From Podarcis gaigeae (Eukaryota), in NCBI GenBank assembly GCA_964106915.2, contig OZ066931.1: a stretch of 64,000 nt of DNA, one strand, 5' to 3'. Of the stretch, positions 13,254-27,400 are shown piece after piece (position 1 is the stretch's first letter; every line of letters begins with the position of its first letter). Under the pieces are notes generated by a model. That model saw only the letters and a list, made by a program, of their open reading frames with translations, did not search any database and had not been told where the DNA came from. The translations under genes were made by a program, and so were the position numbers.

Positions 13254-15315
13254 TTATTTATTTACAGAAATATACTTATGGTCCCCTTCCAATTCTAACA
13301 AAGAAAAACCCCAAGGTGGATAACTTCAGGATATGGAGGGGGGGGAGATCTGGAAAAAAAATTAATGAACAGGTTAAAAATCAGACAGAATAGCAGCTAG
13401 GATTGATCAGGTTAAAAAGAAAAAGAAATTGGGAAGACAGTAAAATATAAACAAGTTAAAAGAGATAGGAGCAGCAGGTAAAAGTAGAGTGAGATTTACA
13501 AAACAAAACTGTCAATAATAAATCTGTTCTTGATTTATTTAATCAAATCTTGATTTATTTAAAGTGGCACCATGAATGCCTTCAAACCACTAATGTCCTT
13601 AACACTGCTGCACCTTGAGTCACTGCCACAAGCATTTGAAGGAAATCAACAGCACCTCAGCCAAAACCTTCCCACAGAATTGACTTGAGTTCAATCCTGA
13701 CCACTGCCCCACTGTATCACCTCACCAGGAGCCCACTGAAGAAGTGTCTGTTTCAAATGATGCCGGTTGTTCCTCGCGGTGCATTTATTATTCACTTTCC
13801 GCATAGCTTCTTCTCTTTAAAACTGGTTTTTATTTGATCTACTGTTTTTATGGGGAATGCTTCCATTGTCAGCATCATCCTTCAGCCTCTACCAAGCTTC
13901 TGATGAACACCAGCAATGATGCCTTGCTAATTAAACAACCAATAGAGGGAGCGTCTCTATAAATCAAGGCGTGACCACTTTTAATGTTAATGTTTATTGT
14001 TTTAATGTTCTACTATTATAAAGCATGACAATTTTGCAATTCCTTCCAGTAGCAAAATTGGCTGGTTGAGTGCAAATCAGTCTGGAAGCAAAATGGGGTC
14101 ATCCAAGAAAAAGGCAGTGGATATAATACACCTGAGTGACTTAATTTGTAAATTTAACAAAAATATATATATATTTTTAAGTCAAAGTGCACAACAGGCA
14201 CCTGTGAGCCTCTGGGACCAATGGCTTAGAGGTAAGAAAATAGTAACTCATTATCTGAAGAGTGAACTTCCAGATTTGCACTGCACAGCAATAAGACCTC
14301 CTGTCTTTGTTGCTTTTTAGGGAGCAGGGTGGAAGGACCATGACTATGTAACTAAGCTGGATTTTACCATTTTGAACTAGAAATGGGGCAGGCTGAGTGC
14401 TTATCAATGCAGTCTATGACTGAGAGCAGTTATGGTGCCCACCACAAAAAAAGAGGGGAGAAAATGGCTGGTGGATTGGAAACATCTGAAACACAGAATG
14501 TTAGGATGTCAGCTGAGTAAAATGGGAGGAAAATGGAAGGCAGAGGAAAGAGAGAGGAAACTGGCCTGCTGAAGCTCACTGAACAGAGGTAGCGTTGGGA
14601 GCAGGGGGCACCCATTGATGCTATACGGTTAATGGAACTCCTCTCCCTGTCTATACGGGGACATTTCAGAAGGAAGGAATAGAGAAAGCCTTTTCCCTTT
14701 CACTCTCTCCAGAGCCACTGCCACCCCAGCTAATACAACTCAGATGCTCAGGTTTAGAACAGGAAGCTAGCCATGAACCTAACCCCTCTTAGTGCTACAG
14801 AGAACAATAAGAGGCTCCTACCTAAGGCTGGCTGGACCCTGAACTGCAGTGTTTGAGGGCAGGGGTGGGCAGAAGATCGCTGGGTGATTTGCAATAGATT
14901 AGCAAGCATTCCTGACTCCCAGCTGTTTTACCTTACCAGTGGCCAAAATGAAGAACACTAAACTGGAGTAACTTTTGTGCTAAATTATCGAGAGGTCAGT
15001 TTAGTTCAGGTATTGGAGAGGTGGGTGGTATTGTTTTGGTTTGTTACTAGATTACGTATTTTTGTGTTTTTATATTATAAGCCTCCCTGTGATCCTCAGA
15101 TGAAGGGTAGTTTAGAAATTTAAATAATAATAATAATTAATAAAAATACTGAAAACGAATTCCCAGGATCTGAATGTGCTCAGATGAATCTTGTTGTTCA
15201 ATTCTAACAGCATGTCTTTTGTATCTAGCTCGAATGGACAAACTTCGAGAATCAAGTAAAAAAACCCACAAAGTAGATCTGTCAAACCCGAAGTCTGCCC
15301 ACGCTTGATCTAGGG

Positions 15316-15480
15316 CAGTGGTTCCCAATTGTGGATTCCCCGTTTTTCAAAAGCCAATTTTTTGAAAATTCTCCTATCTGTATGGTAGTTTTTGTTTTGT
15401 GAATGGTGCCACAGACTCCCTGGGTGAGTTACACAGACCCCCTGGTGTCCATGGCAGGGACCACTAATTGGGAACAACTG
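15316..15480. mobile_element. hAT (Charlie-like) MITE
   Basis: TIRs CAGTGGTTCCCAATT / AATTGGGAACAACTG; 7/8 TSD (A/C)TCTAGGG; shorter relative at about 32131-32195. Confidence 0.7.
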
Positions 15481-17497
15481 CTCTAGGGCACATATGGGAA
15501 ACCCATGCAGCCTGCAGCCCACAGGCTCCCTCTTCACTGCCCAGCAGTTGACTGGTGCCAAAGAGCACTTTGCTCAGCATGCTGCTTTGCTGCTTCGAGT
15601 GTAAGTCAGTGGGGAGAAGGCACACAATAGGAATGCTGAGATCGCCTTGCACACTGCACTCCTGCTCCACTGGCCAGCTGCTTGAGGAAGCACACCAAAT
15701 GGAAAACTCCACACACAATTGGATCTCAACATGCTGGGAGGAAAGGTTTAAACCTCTCTCCTCCCACCCTGATGCTCTAAGAATAGGGGGAGGGAAAGGG
15801 GAGAGAGAGTGCACAAGAGAAGGGAAAGCTGTGCCTGCTTTAGGGAAGATTGGATCCAAGCCCCACTTATCACTGGCTCCAGCCCCGCATTCCACATGGC
15901 CCTCAGGATCAAAAAAGGGAAGAGTAATAGACTGCAACACCTTCTTGCAGGTCCAACGAATTCCTTGTAGGATTGATTTATGATATGTCTTTTTTAGGGG
16001 GGGATTCCTTGTTTTAGCTCAGGTGTAGAAGTTAGTTGAATGTCAAAAACACCAGATGTAAAAGGGTGAGTTTGAGCAGTTTAGGAATTTAGATACGAAG
16101 GCCCTTTGCTTCTGGCTACTTAGATGTTGTCATTTTTGGAAGTTGAAAGAATTCCCAAAATGCATGTTTACGTTGCTAGGGGGTGCCTTTGCTGGTTTCG
16201 AAAAATCCATTGTGTAGGATCAAACTTGCTAAGTTAAAACGTTTCCATTTTACTCAATGGAGAGAGAATTGTGGGCGACTTACCTAGTGAACGCTCCGTT
16301 GTGCTACTGAGGCCTGCTTGGAGAGGGAAGAGCTGCATCGGCACAGTGGAGCCTGCCGCTTGCTTCCCTTTAGTCTGGTGGGGCAAAGTGGAGGAAATTG
16401 GGCTTGGCGGATGTGTGCCGTTAGGCATCATCCACACCAAATTCCTCTTCTTCAAGATGGATTGGGGTTGGGGGGGGACTCCCTCCCCCCACAAGCACAC
16501 ACTCCCTCCCATATACACACACGCTGTAGAGAAGTTTCAGGTCTCAATGTGCACCTTGCTGTACTCCCTGCAGTCCACTAAAGCCAATCCACTACATTAC
16601 AGGAAGGGTAGGGCTTCAACATCCCTCCACCCTGCAATGCACGGGACTGGATGCACACTATGATGTCGGAACTTTAAAAAGCTTAGAAATTACAACAAAG
16701 GATCAAGTTTTCGTAAGATAAGCTTTGCAAGGGACCAGTTGTGAAAATGAAGGGATTTGAGGCTTTGCATGCAAATTTTATTTTTGCTGATTTCTGTCCT
16801 GCCCTTAAACATCTTATTAAATACTGACTTAACACCACTGACGCCAGATTCACCGCTGCCCCAACCTGCAAAACAAGTGAATCAGGGCTGAAAGACTAAC
16901 AGAAAATACTGGAGTGCATGAAGCCTATGCTGTAAGTGAGCACCACATGCAAGATGACAGAACATGTTTAGGGCTTACAAACCGCAGAAATTGAGGCAGG
17001 TGCATTAACCTGCCAGTTTTCATGCTTTCTGCTGCATGGGTGAATTTGGAACAGCTTTCTCTTAAACCAAAGGCTTTTTGATCAGAGCCCCTACTATAAA
17101 CACTGACATACAGAAGCTTTGCATGGCTTCCTAATCCTTCACTCTTTGGCCCACCTCTACTTTATACTAGCATCAAAAGGTGAGTGAACCCCTGTTTAAA
17201 ACCATGAACAGGAAACCAGGTCATCCCCAACTCTTCCTTCACCAGCATCTAAGGCAGACAGAGGAGAGTCACATTAAGCAAAACAGAGTAGGGTCACCTC
17301 CTGCAGTCTGCAAGATTATTGCCGTATTAAAATGCACACCCCTCATATTAAAATATTATTCTGCAGGTACTTGAAGCACCACTTACTTATTGAGTAACCC
17401 AGTGCCACTTTGGCTTAGTGTGCCAGAAGAAGCCTTGACAAAAGCTCTTCTGCCCGCCCAAGCCCCATCACTGCACCACTGGCGCAAGAGGAAATCA

Positions 17498-17695
<198 letters not shown>

Positions 17696-17797
17696 TCAGA
17701 AAGAGACTAGTCACTCACAGAAATTCCCCACCTGTTTGGTCCTTAGTTATCTTTTGTGAGAAAGGGATGGATACTTTTAAGGGCTTCTCTAACAGTA

Positions 17798-18005
17798 CAG
17801 TCATACCTCAGGTTGCGCGATTTCGGGTTGTACACTGAGCCGAACCCGAAAATACCGAAACAGTTACTTCGAGGTTTCGGCGCATGCGCAGAAGTGATGA
17901 ATCGCGACCCACACGTGCGCAGACGCATGGGTCGCAGGTTGCAAAAGCTGCGGGTTCCGAACGTGCCTCCCCCACGGATCATGTTCGCAACCCAAGCGTC
18001 CGCTG
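17798..18005. mobile_element. Tc1/mariner-Tigger-type MITE
   Basis: TA-flanked; degenerate TIRs CAGTCATACCTCAGGTTGCG / CGCAACCCAAGCGTCCGCTG; CpG-rich. Confidence 0.7.
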
Positions 18006-18772
18006 TATACCAAAAACAATATTATCCCAGACAGGTAGATAAGATACTCAGGGTTGCTGCTTATGTCACTGTCAGGACTGGGGACATGGAAACAAGTTCA
18101 GCAGGTGGCTAAGCAGTTCATCTTGACCTTAAGCAATGAATTCCTCACACTGAGATGTCAGGCCAGAATCAGATGCTTTGTTGGCTCTTTTTGTCATCTG
18201 CTCTCTGCTGGACTGGTAGCAGCTGCAGTACAATCTTTTGGACCAGCAGCGGAGGTGGTGCTGCAGTTCCAGACAGCTGCCACAGCGTGCAGTGTTAGAA
18301 ACTGAGATATGAAAGCTAGGAGCTAAATGGCACCTTAAACCTAGGTTATGGGTGCAGCAACAGAATCTCTAGGCACACTTTTTAATAACAAGAATACAAA
18401 GTTGAAAATGAATGAACTGCAGCTAAAATATTATGTTCACTTTTCATATGCTCCAGCCCCTATCCCCCTAATATTCTTAAGAGGGTCTCTTCTCTAGTCT
18501 ACAGGGAGTAGTTGGAAGTGGGGAGGCAGGAAAAGGTCCTCCTTTCCTTCCACTCTGCAGTTTTACTCTGAAATCTTAGGCAAGGTACTGCAACCAGAGC
18601 TCAGAAACTGCTCGCGCTAATGAAATTCCCTGTCGCAAAATGCGCCTAGAACAATCAGAGTTTAAAACCTGGGCACCTGGGACCCCATGATAAGAGTCCC
18701 CAGTTTCAGACACCTGGTGTCTTACAGATATGTTTTATACTTGGGTAGAGATATCCTGATACAAAAAACATA

Positions 18773-19088
18773 TAACAACAACAACAACAACAACAACAAT
18801 TTTTTTATACCCCGCCCATCTGGCTGGGCTTCCCCAGCCACTCTGGGCGGCTTCCAAAAAAATATTAAAATACTATAATACATCAAACATTAAAAGCTTC
18901 CCTAAACAGGGCTGCCTTCAGATGTCTTCTAAAAGTCTGGTAGTTGTTGTTCTCTTTGACATCTGGTGGGAGGGCATTCCACAGGGTGGGTGCCACTACC
19001 GAGAAGGCCCTCTGCCTGATTCCCTGTAACTTGGCTTCTCGCAGTGAGGGAACCGCCAGAAGGCCCTCGGTGCTGGACCTCAGTGTCA
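18773..19088 (-). mobile_element. L2-clade LINE 3' fragment with (GTT)n tail
   Basis: ORF 18883..19089 RQRAFSVVAPTLWNALPPDVKE...FRRHLKAALF; reverse-orientation relative of 12308-12700. Confidence 0.87.
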
Positions 19089-19589
19089 CGGGACGTTCCC
19101 TACAATATATTCACAACCAGACTGTGAAGTAGGTTAGGCTGTTCCAAAGTGAATTTCATACGTGTGCTCAAAAACCTTCCTTTGGACTTCTCCCCATCTT
19201 GACCTTCGAGATAATCCGAGCCAGATCGTCATACAAAATGCACACAAGCCGGAGGAGCTAAGAGCATGGGAAGTCAAACAAAGATTTATGATTTGGCTTA
19301 ATATGATTTGGCTTAATATTTGGACTGTTGGGTTATTTTATAATTCAGAATGTTTTTAATGTGGCCATTATTGGATTGTTAATTTGGAAAACTTAACAAA
19401 TATTATTTTTAAAAAATTAATAAAATGCACACAAGCAAACTGATTGTATGGGGGGAAAGATTATTAATTCCACCCTTGCACTGAAGCCTGGTTTCTTCTC
19501 AATGCCTAAATCAACACCACTTTCTCTTTATAAGGATAGAGCAGCACAAGGAAGAGAAGGGAAACTGTCCTGTCAGCTGCAAAATGTTA

Positions 19590-19799
<210 letters not shown>

Positions 19800-20365
19800 T
19801 CAAGTCACTAAGCATAAGCAAATTCTCTCATCTCCCAAATGACTTTGTAAATTCATTAAATATTTGTATAACAGAAAGTTAGTATGTAACACAAATTCTA
19901 ACCAAACCAACTGCAAAATTCTAAAGTGTGGAATATTTCCATCTTTGAAGGAGGCAGTTCCAGTGCCCAGAGATTTTAAGTGGCAGTGTCCTCATATCAG
20001 AGAACAAGCCAGCCAGCTAGAAGCATTTAAGCATAAGACTTCATTCTATGACTTGTCCTGACCTAGTCAACATTTCTTCACTGACCCTGGAATTCCACTG
20101 CCCAGCGGTGGTGTACAGACAGAATTTCTTAGGATTCAGTTCAGGACCCTGGCCATGGGCATCAGGCCACATCTATTTTTAAATTTAATGTTATAAACTG
20201 CTTTTCAAATGCTCACATGTTATATACCACTTTTCAAATATGCGAAATAGATAACATTTATTTTGAACACAGAAGAAATGCAGCCTGGGTGTGAAACTTG
20301 CAGACATTTGGTCTTGCCTTTCACGAATTCTGCATTATTAGGAGGTGCCTGTACTGCTTGCATCA

Positions 20366-20518
<153 letters not shown>

Positions 20519-21244
20519 CTAAAGGGAAACAAAAAGCCTCTGCTAAAGCCGGTAAACATTTAACTCGAAGAAAGAAGCACCTCACTCAATATAAGCATTC
20601 AGTATCCAAAATGACAGCAATGCTTACGAGTAATTGCTACCAGAAGAACTCACTTCTTGCACTCACTCACTCTCCATGCGACAGTGCTGTGGAAGCCACT
20701 TGGAAATATTAAATGCACAGATATTGCCAGTGTACAAGCCCTGGTGATTTTAGTTTGCAGAACTACTCTTGACACTACACTGTCCCAGTTTCTGACAACG
20801 GCCAGCATATGCATCCAGCAATCTGCACAGTTGCAATTAAGGCCCATGACCTCATGATTTTGAAGAAAGCTGTGCCCACAATTTGGCCAGTTCTTTGAAT
20901 GCTTTACAGCACACCGAGAATCTATGCAGGATTCCAGTAGACATCCTCCTATCATTCAGCCCTTAACTGAATGCTCATCCTCCTATCATTCAGCCCTTAA
21001 CATACAACTTTTGCTTTGCTTCCCAGAATTCCAAGCCTCCTCCCCAAATCCCTACCTCAACAGCTGGAAAAGTTAATGAATGAGTAGCAAACAAGCAGAT
21101 ACACTCAATTAGCAGAAGTCCCTTGTTTACCAATAAGAAGCTTTAAAAATCCAACTTGCAAGAGACATACATTTGGAAATGAACACAAGGAACTTATAGT
21201 GACACACCAGAAAAAAGCATCAGCTGTTGAACTCACCCACCTAC

Positions 21245-21351
21245 CTGAAAGTACTGCACAGCAGAAGACTCTTCTGTACGCTCACTGAACACAGACTGCT
21301 CAATGTTGTGGCCCCGACAGTTTTTCAAGATATTATAAAATGAGCAGAAGT
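21245..21351 (-). CDS. CARM1: CARM1 exon 3 ([36 protein letters not shown])
   Basis: ttttag acceptor, CAG|gtaggt donor, 107 nt. Confidence 0.97.
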
Positions 21352-21781
21352 CTAAAAGAAAAGTCAAACACGGCCTGTTTAGCATTCAAATGTCACTGTT
21401 CAGACCCAACACAGAACTTGGAGAACTAACAGGCAATACACTTTCTGGGGGATAGAGACTAGGATGGCAGCAAAAGGAGAGGGGCAATCGTCTCATATGC
21501 TGTGTTGTACCTATGTGGGCTATTAACATAGCATCTAGCCCTCTGACTGTATAATGCTTCACAGCCACAGCGACAAGCAAGTCAGAGACCACATAGCACC
21601 CTACAGTCAAGGCACTAGCATTGCAGATCAGACGGCTGCCCATATAAAGTGTATCTGGTGCCATCTTGAACCCAGCAAGGTTATTTTCTTCTGAAGTTGT
21701 TTTTAAGGAAGCAATCTGGAGTTTCACAGCCCCTTGAGCAGCAGACGTACATAAATCAAACACAAATCTGGTGGTACGTAC

Positions 21782-21907
21782 CACTTGGCGTTGCGAACTG
21801 TATAAGAACGCTATTACACCCCAGTGTAATAATGAAAGACTGCTTGCCCACTCGACTGCATTCCGTCTCCTTCGACACAGAACACTTGAACACGCAAACA
21901 TCGTCTT
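21782..21907 (-). CDS. CARM1: CARM1 exon 2 (QDDVCVFKCSVSKETECSRVGKQSFIITLGCNSVLIQFATPS)
   Basis: ccacag acceptor, G|gtacgt donor, 126 nt. Confidence 0.97.
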
Positions 21908-22013
21908 CTGTGGAGAGAATGGAAGGAAAGAAGAAAATAGAATCAGTGACTCCATCAAATGCTGAAAACATTTGTCTCCTAAAAGATGGGAGACAAGGGC
22001 AAATATCCAAATA

Positions 22014-22255
22014 CAGTGGTACCTCAGGTTACATACGCTTCAGGTTACATACGCTTCAGGTTAAAGACTCCGCTAACCCAGAAATATTGTTTCAGGTTAA
22101 GAACTTTGCTTCAGGATGAGAACAGAAATGGGGCTCCAGCGGCGCAGCAGCAGGAGGAGGCCCCATTAGCTAAAGTGGTGCTTCAGGTTAAGAACAGTTT
22201 CAGGTTAAGTACAGACCTCCGGAACGAATTAAGTACTTAACCTGAGGTACCACTG
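22014..22255. mobile_element. Tigger-type MITE, family A
   Basis: TA TSD; TIRs CAGTGGTACCTCAGGTTA / TAACCTGAGGTACCACTG; second copy at 36707-36932. Confidence 0.9.
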
Positions 22256-23292
22256 TATCTCATTCCTCCACCACACACACCCTAAATCTGTTGCAGGGTT
22301 TCCTCTAGTCCTCTGGAGCAGATCTGTGACTTCCGCAGAACGGTGACTTCTGCAGAAGCAAGAACCTGAATTTCAAGAACTTCCTAATCTTCATTACAGC
22401 AAAGAAATGCCTCACTACCTGTAGCCATTCCCTACTGCTATTCAGTAAGGTGAGTAGGCACCTGTTAGTTCACATCAAACATATTTCTAATAGTTATATT
22501 TCTAATAGTCCCCTTTGGTGGGTCATTTTGAAGAAAGTTCATATGCAGTCAAGATTTTTTTGGTTTGGATTATAGGAAAGCTGAACCCTAACCAGTGACA
22601 GGCTTTTGCTTCATTTACCTTTCATGCACTCAGTGCCTAGCACGTGCAAGGTTTGCAATAGCGTTATTCGGTTTTCTTTGTTTTGCACGTATGCTACAGT
22701 GAGGGAATTCCTCCAACCTATTCTTTTTTATCTCTTATGCTTGCATATGTCCATTCATGAGAAACTTTCCCCACATGGTAAATTATATTATCTCCCTGGC
22801 AGATGTATTGCTTAATTCTCAAGTTGTGGTTTGTCAGCAATCTTCTCTCATATTCAGCCCTCCTTAAGGTGCCAGTTAGGCAGCTAGTTAGTATTTGTGA
22901 AAGCTGTTTGAATGGAAACTGAAAGTTTAAGGTATTTGTCACATTTAGTTTTCAAATGATAATGTATAAGGATATAAATAAAATTTATTATTATTATTAT
23001 TATTATTATGCTTGCAAAAGTATATGTTGTCCCACCTACCTATATTCATGATTTGCTTTTTTACATATGTTTAGCATAATGGATTCAAAGGTTATATACC
23101 CTATACAGCAACATCACAGTGGGCTCTTCTAAAAGTAGGTAGTTCTTACTCTTGCACTCTTAAAGGTAAACTTTTGAGGCTGTAAAATGTGTTCTCAATA
23201 TTAATTCAGGGAAAAGATGTGCATCAGCTATGAGAAATTTTGGAGAACAGTGCCTAGCCCCCAATACTAATTAATCTTATATAAACAGGATA

Positions 23293-23614
23293 CAGTGGTG
23301 CCCCGCAAGACGAATGCCTCGCAAGACGGAAAACTCGCTAGACGAAAGAGTTTTCCGTTTTGGAGGTGCATCGCAAAACGAATTTCCTATGGGCTTGCTT
23401 CGCAAGACGAAAATGTCTTGCGAGTTCCTGCGGGTTTTTTTTCCTTCCCCCCCCCCTTTTTCTAAGCCGCTAAGCTCCTTATCCGCTAAGCCGATAAAAG
23501 CCGCTAATAGCGCTAATCCGCTAAGCCGTCAATGGGCTTGCTTTGCAAGACGAAAAAACCGCTAGACGAAGAGACTCGCAGAACGGATTCTTTTCGTCTT
23601 GCGAGGCACCACTG
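23293..23614. mobile_element. Tigger-type MITE, family B (short copy)
   Basis: TA TSD; TIRs CAGTGGTGCCCCGCAAGACGAA / TTCGTCTTGCGAGGCACCACTG; repeated CGCAAGACG and CCGCTAA motifs. Confidence 0.9.
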
Positions 23615-26600
23615 TAAAATGAATAACCCACTGTAGATTCCAAGTCAATCCAAACTCTTCCTAAGCATCTTAATAATCCATCCAGGGTGCACTGTGGGCT
23701 GAACAAGTTAATCACATGCTGGCAAAGGTTAACAAGCAGAATAATTTATTCTGTCAACAGTTTAGGTTTAACAGTTTGGGCAATACTCTGTTCAGACGCT
23801 AGTCCACTTAATCATGCCCTGAGGAAAAGCAGCCCTGAGCATCTTTTGAGTCAGGATGGCTTGTCAAAAGGAAAGGGGGAAAGGAAGGAAGAGGGTTCAC
23901 CTCTGTCTTGCAGAATCTATTCAGCAGTGTTTGCATCTGCTGTGGATCATAATGTCTGAGTGTCTAAGAAATTATTTTGATGTCAAAGTGCCTTCTCCAG
24001 TAGGGCTCTCTCCAAACCCTTAAAACATATGGAGAACCTCTGTCCCAGGTAACTATCGGAGGCTATGTCCATAACCACCAAGCATGTTGCAGAACCACAA
24101 CTGAATTCACGAGGCAGCAGGAGAAAACTCAACTGTTTCAGCAAATGTTGATGTTGGTTTTAGCTAAATGTCCTGTTATTTTTATGACAGCACTCTTGTG
24201 GCAGAGCAAGCTGTCTTATATGCAGTATTCAAAGAAACCTGACTAAGATTTCATAAATATATTTCAGGAACCAATGAGAATAAATGCAATAGCTCAGCAA
24301 TGTCATATAACACAAGCCCGGAATGCAGTTGAAAGCCAGTAGTCAAGGCCTACATGTCTTTTTGTGCTACTGAATCGTTGCCAATTTAGGTGCGCAACTG
24401 TGAAATTTCTATTCACACGTAAAACTTGAAAAGTATCAGAATTTTCCAGAAACAAGGGCTGGTAATTACTGGAAAGAACAACGTTTTTCCATGACCTGGA
24501 AAGTTCACTTGACAGGGTCTAAATATACATTGAAACATATCATGATGCAATGCATCTTGCATTCCCTTCCTTTTGAAGACAGGTGCTTGTTTAATCTGGG
24601 GTTCACATTCAAAATGCTCAATAGTGTTCAGAACACTCCAGAATAAAAAGTGTCGTGCCTGAGTCATCAGAGACAGCACACAGCTTTCTGTCTTGCATCT
24701 TTTGACAGGGAAATGGGTGCAGGGATCAAGATGGGTTCGTTCTTTTAAACCGGGTCTTGAGCAATGTACCAAATCCCATTCTAATATTTCAAGGCTCATC
24801 TTGAATTCAAGAGCTCAACATACTACATCATAGAAGGCCCAGAATCCTACCCTGAGTGGTTCAGAAAAGAAGGCCCTCTCCTTTTAATATGAGGTTGAAT
24901 ATAAGTGGTTACTCAAGTGACAAGATCAAACATAGCACACTTTCCTTAAAGAACAAGATTCCGAATGCTGGGGCTTCTAAATAATATAATCCTGGGACCA
25001 CATCAATCTCTGTTATTCCTATAGTACAAAAAAAGAGTGCTTCCTGGAAATGAACATTCATTTCCTCTGTTGGAAAGGAGCACCAGGCTGTGGGCACCAA
25101 ACACATTCACCCTCACAACCTCAGATTGCCCCACAGGCAAGCATTCAGAATACAAGCACAGAATGTCACAGAATACAAACACAGCATCCTTTTGGTAACA
25201 CCAGTGGGCACTCTTGTAATTTATTTTAGTTTATCCCAAGCATCAAACTGCCCTCTTGGCTCCTGTATAATAAATGAATGAAACAACCAGTGCAAAACTG
25301 TCTGAAATTGAAGCGTAAAGACATTGCGCAATTTTTATACTAAGAGTTCGGAGAGGGACCTGACAATTTTGAGGGGTTTTTTTCCTTTTGTTTGTTTTTT
25401 ATTCTAAAGCTCTGCTCATTCCCCTGGATAGATTATGGCATGTTGTCCTGGGACAAAAAGCCGAGAGGACAGGATGGAGGTGAAGAGGAAAAAAATCAAG
25501 AGTTCCACCAAGCAATCTCCCTGCAACACCAAGAGCTGCCAATTCAATGACAGGTCAGAGACAAGGCCATGAGCTCAGTTGGAGTCATTTTACTGCACAA
25601 TGTAGTAAAATTAACACAATGAGGCTTGGTCTCCCTGAAGACATAAGCAGCCAGGATAGGATATGAACAATGCCTCAGACTGAAATTGACTGGAAAGGCA
25701 AGGGTTAGCCCAAGACAGGGAGGGGATAAAAATCCCAGAGCAGTTGTGTGCCTTGCAAAGAACACAATTCAGATCCTAGAAAAGAGAGCCCTGCCTTTTC
25801 AAGATTCTGCTTTTGAAAGCTATTCAATGTAAATGTCTCTCATGCACATTAATTAAGCTGTCAAGCTGGGCCTCCAAGTTCTTTGTGAGTGATAAAAGGG
25901 GCACAGCAGATGTGCCCTGGGCTTCCATACACTGAGCACAAAAGGGCTGAATGCTTGGTGAATTCAAAAAGGCCGCCAGAGTTTGTCACATCAGAGTTGG
26001 ATTCATGAGATGAGATGCTTGCCTTGCTTCCACTCCAGAGTCCAGCTTTCTTCTTCCAATAGCAGGCTTATTCCAAGGGTGCAGCTTGTGTCTCACCCAC
26101 CTCCCAAGATTTTATCTATGCTAAGCTCCAATGCTAGTACTGCAAAGCCAGAAAAAGTTGCTGCATTGGAAGACATTTCTCCTTAGGTACTTTCTCTGTG
26201 TACTCCCAGCAAGTGCCAGGCTTAAATACAGAAGAGGAAAAATCAAAGACTGTTTATGTTATTATGTGATTGTTGTTCACAAATCAGGAGAAGCATCTGG
26301 AATAAGCATAAGCAATCCAAATACGGCCAATTTAGATTTTACATTTCCCAACGTTTAGGCTCATCTCCCTTACTGCTGTGAAACGAAATAAAATACTTTC
26401 AACTTGTATTACAATGGTAGTGGCATGCCTCAGACACATTATATTGTGGTATGCCTCAGGCACCATTTTCCCAAGCAATCCAGAGAGTTGCAAGCAGAAT
26501 AGTCCATGAAACCAAAGGCTGATCCTCACCCGCTCTGTTACATCCCAATAATCCTTTCCCTAAATAAAGATTAGTGGCTAGGTGCCTCACACACCATTAC

Positions 26601-26834
26601 ACCAATCCCAGCAACCAGGAATGTGTGGATGTCACCGGAGAACCAACATGGTTGTACTTAGTTCAAAAACAATCTGTAATCATGTTCTGAATATGATTTA
26701 AGTATGGAGCAAGCAAGAGAGGAAGCATGTCTCTTAAGGTGGCTACTTGTCCTGGGAAAGTGGGGGGGGGGGACACCTCCTTTTTGTACGACCCACAGTT
26801 TGAGAAGCACCAAGGAATTTTAGTCCTCAAAAAA

Positions 26835-27400
26835 GCAGATGGTAACAGCAGTCACAAAATTAAAAGATGCCTGCTTCTTGGGAGAAAAGCAATGACAAAC
26901 CTAGACAGCATCTTAAAAAGCAGAAACATCACCTTGCCAACCAAGGTCCGTATAGTTAAAGCTATGGTTTTCCCAGTAGTGATGTATGGAAGTGAGAGGT
27001 GGACCATAAAGAAGGCTGATCGCCAAAGAATTGATGCTTTTGAATTACGGTGCTGGAGGAGACTCTTGAGAGTCCCATGGACTGCAAGAAGATCAAACAT
27101 CAATTCTTAAGAAAATCAGCCCTGAGTGCTCACTGGAAGGACAGATTGTGAAGTTAAGGCTCCAATACTTTGGCCACCTCATGAGAAGAGAAGACTCCCT
27201 GGAAAAGACCCTGATGTTGGGAAAGATTGAGGACACAAGGAGAAGGGGACGACAGAGGACGAGATGGTTGGACAATGTTCTCAAAGCTACTAACATGAGT
27301 CTGACCAAACTGCGGGAGGCAGTGGAAGACAGGAGTGCCTGGCGTGCTCTGGTCCATGGGGTCACAAAGAGTCGGAAACGACAAAGCAACAACAATAATA
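26835..27400 (+). mobile_element. BovB (RTE) LINE 3' fragment
   Basis: RT C-terminal remnants LLLGRKAMTNLDSILKSRNITLPTKVRIVKAMVFPVVMYGSE and LRLQYFGHLMRREDSLEKTLMLGKIE..RRRGRQRTRWLD, split by a frameshift near 27098; (CAA)n tail. Confidence 0.95.

Noticed and set aside
15940-16310. L1/Tx1-like ORF2 remnant
   Set aside because: Composition is suggestive, but no motif could be confirmed by eye
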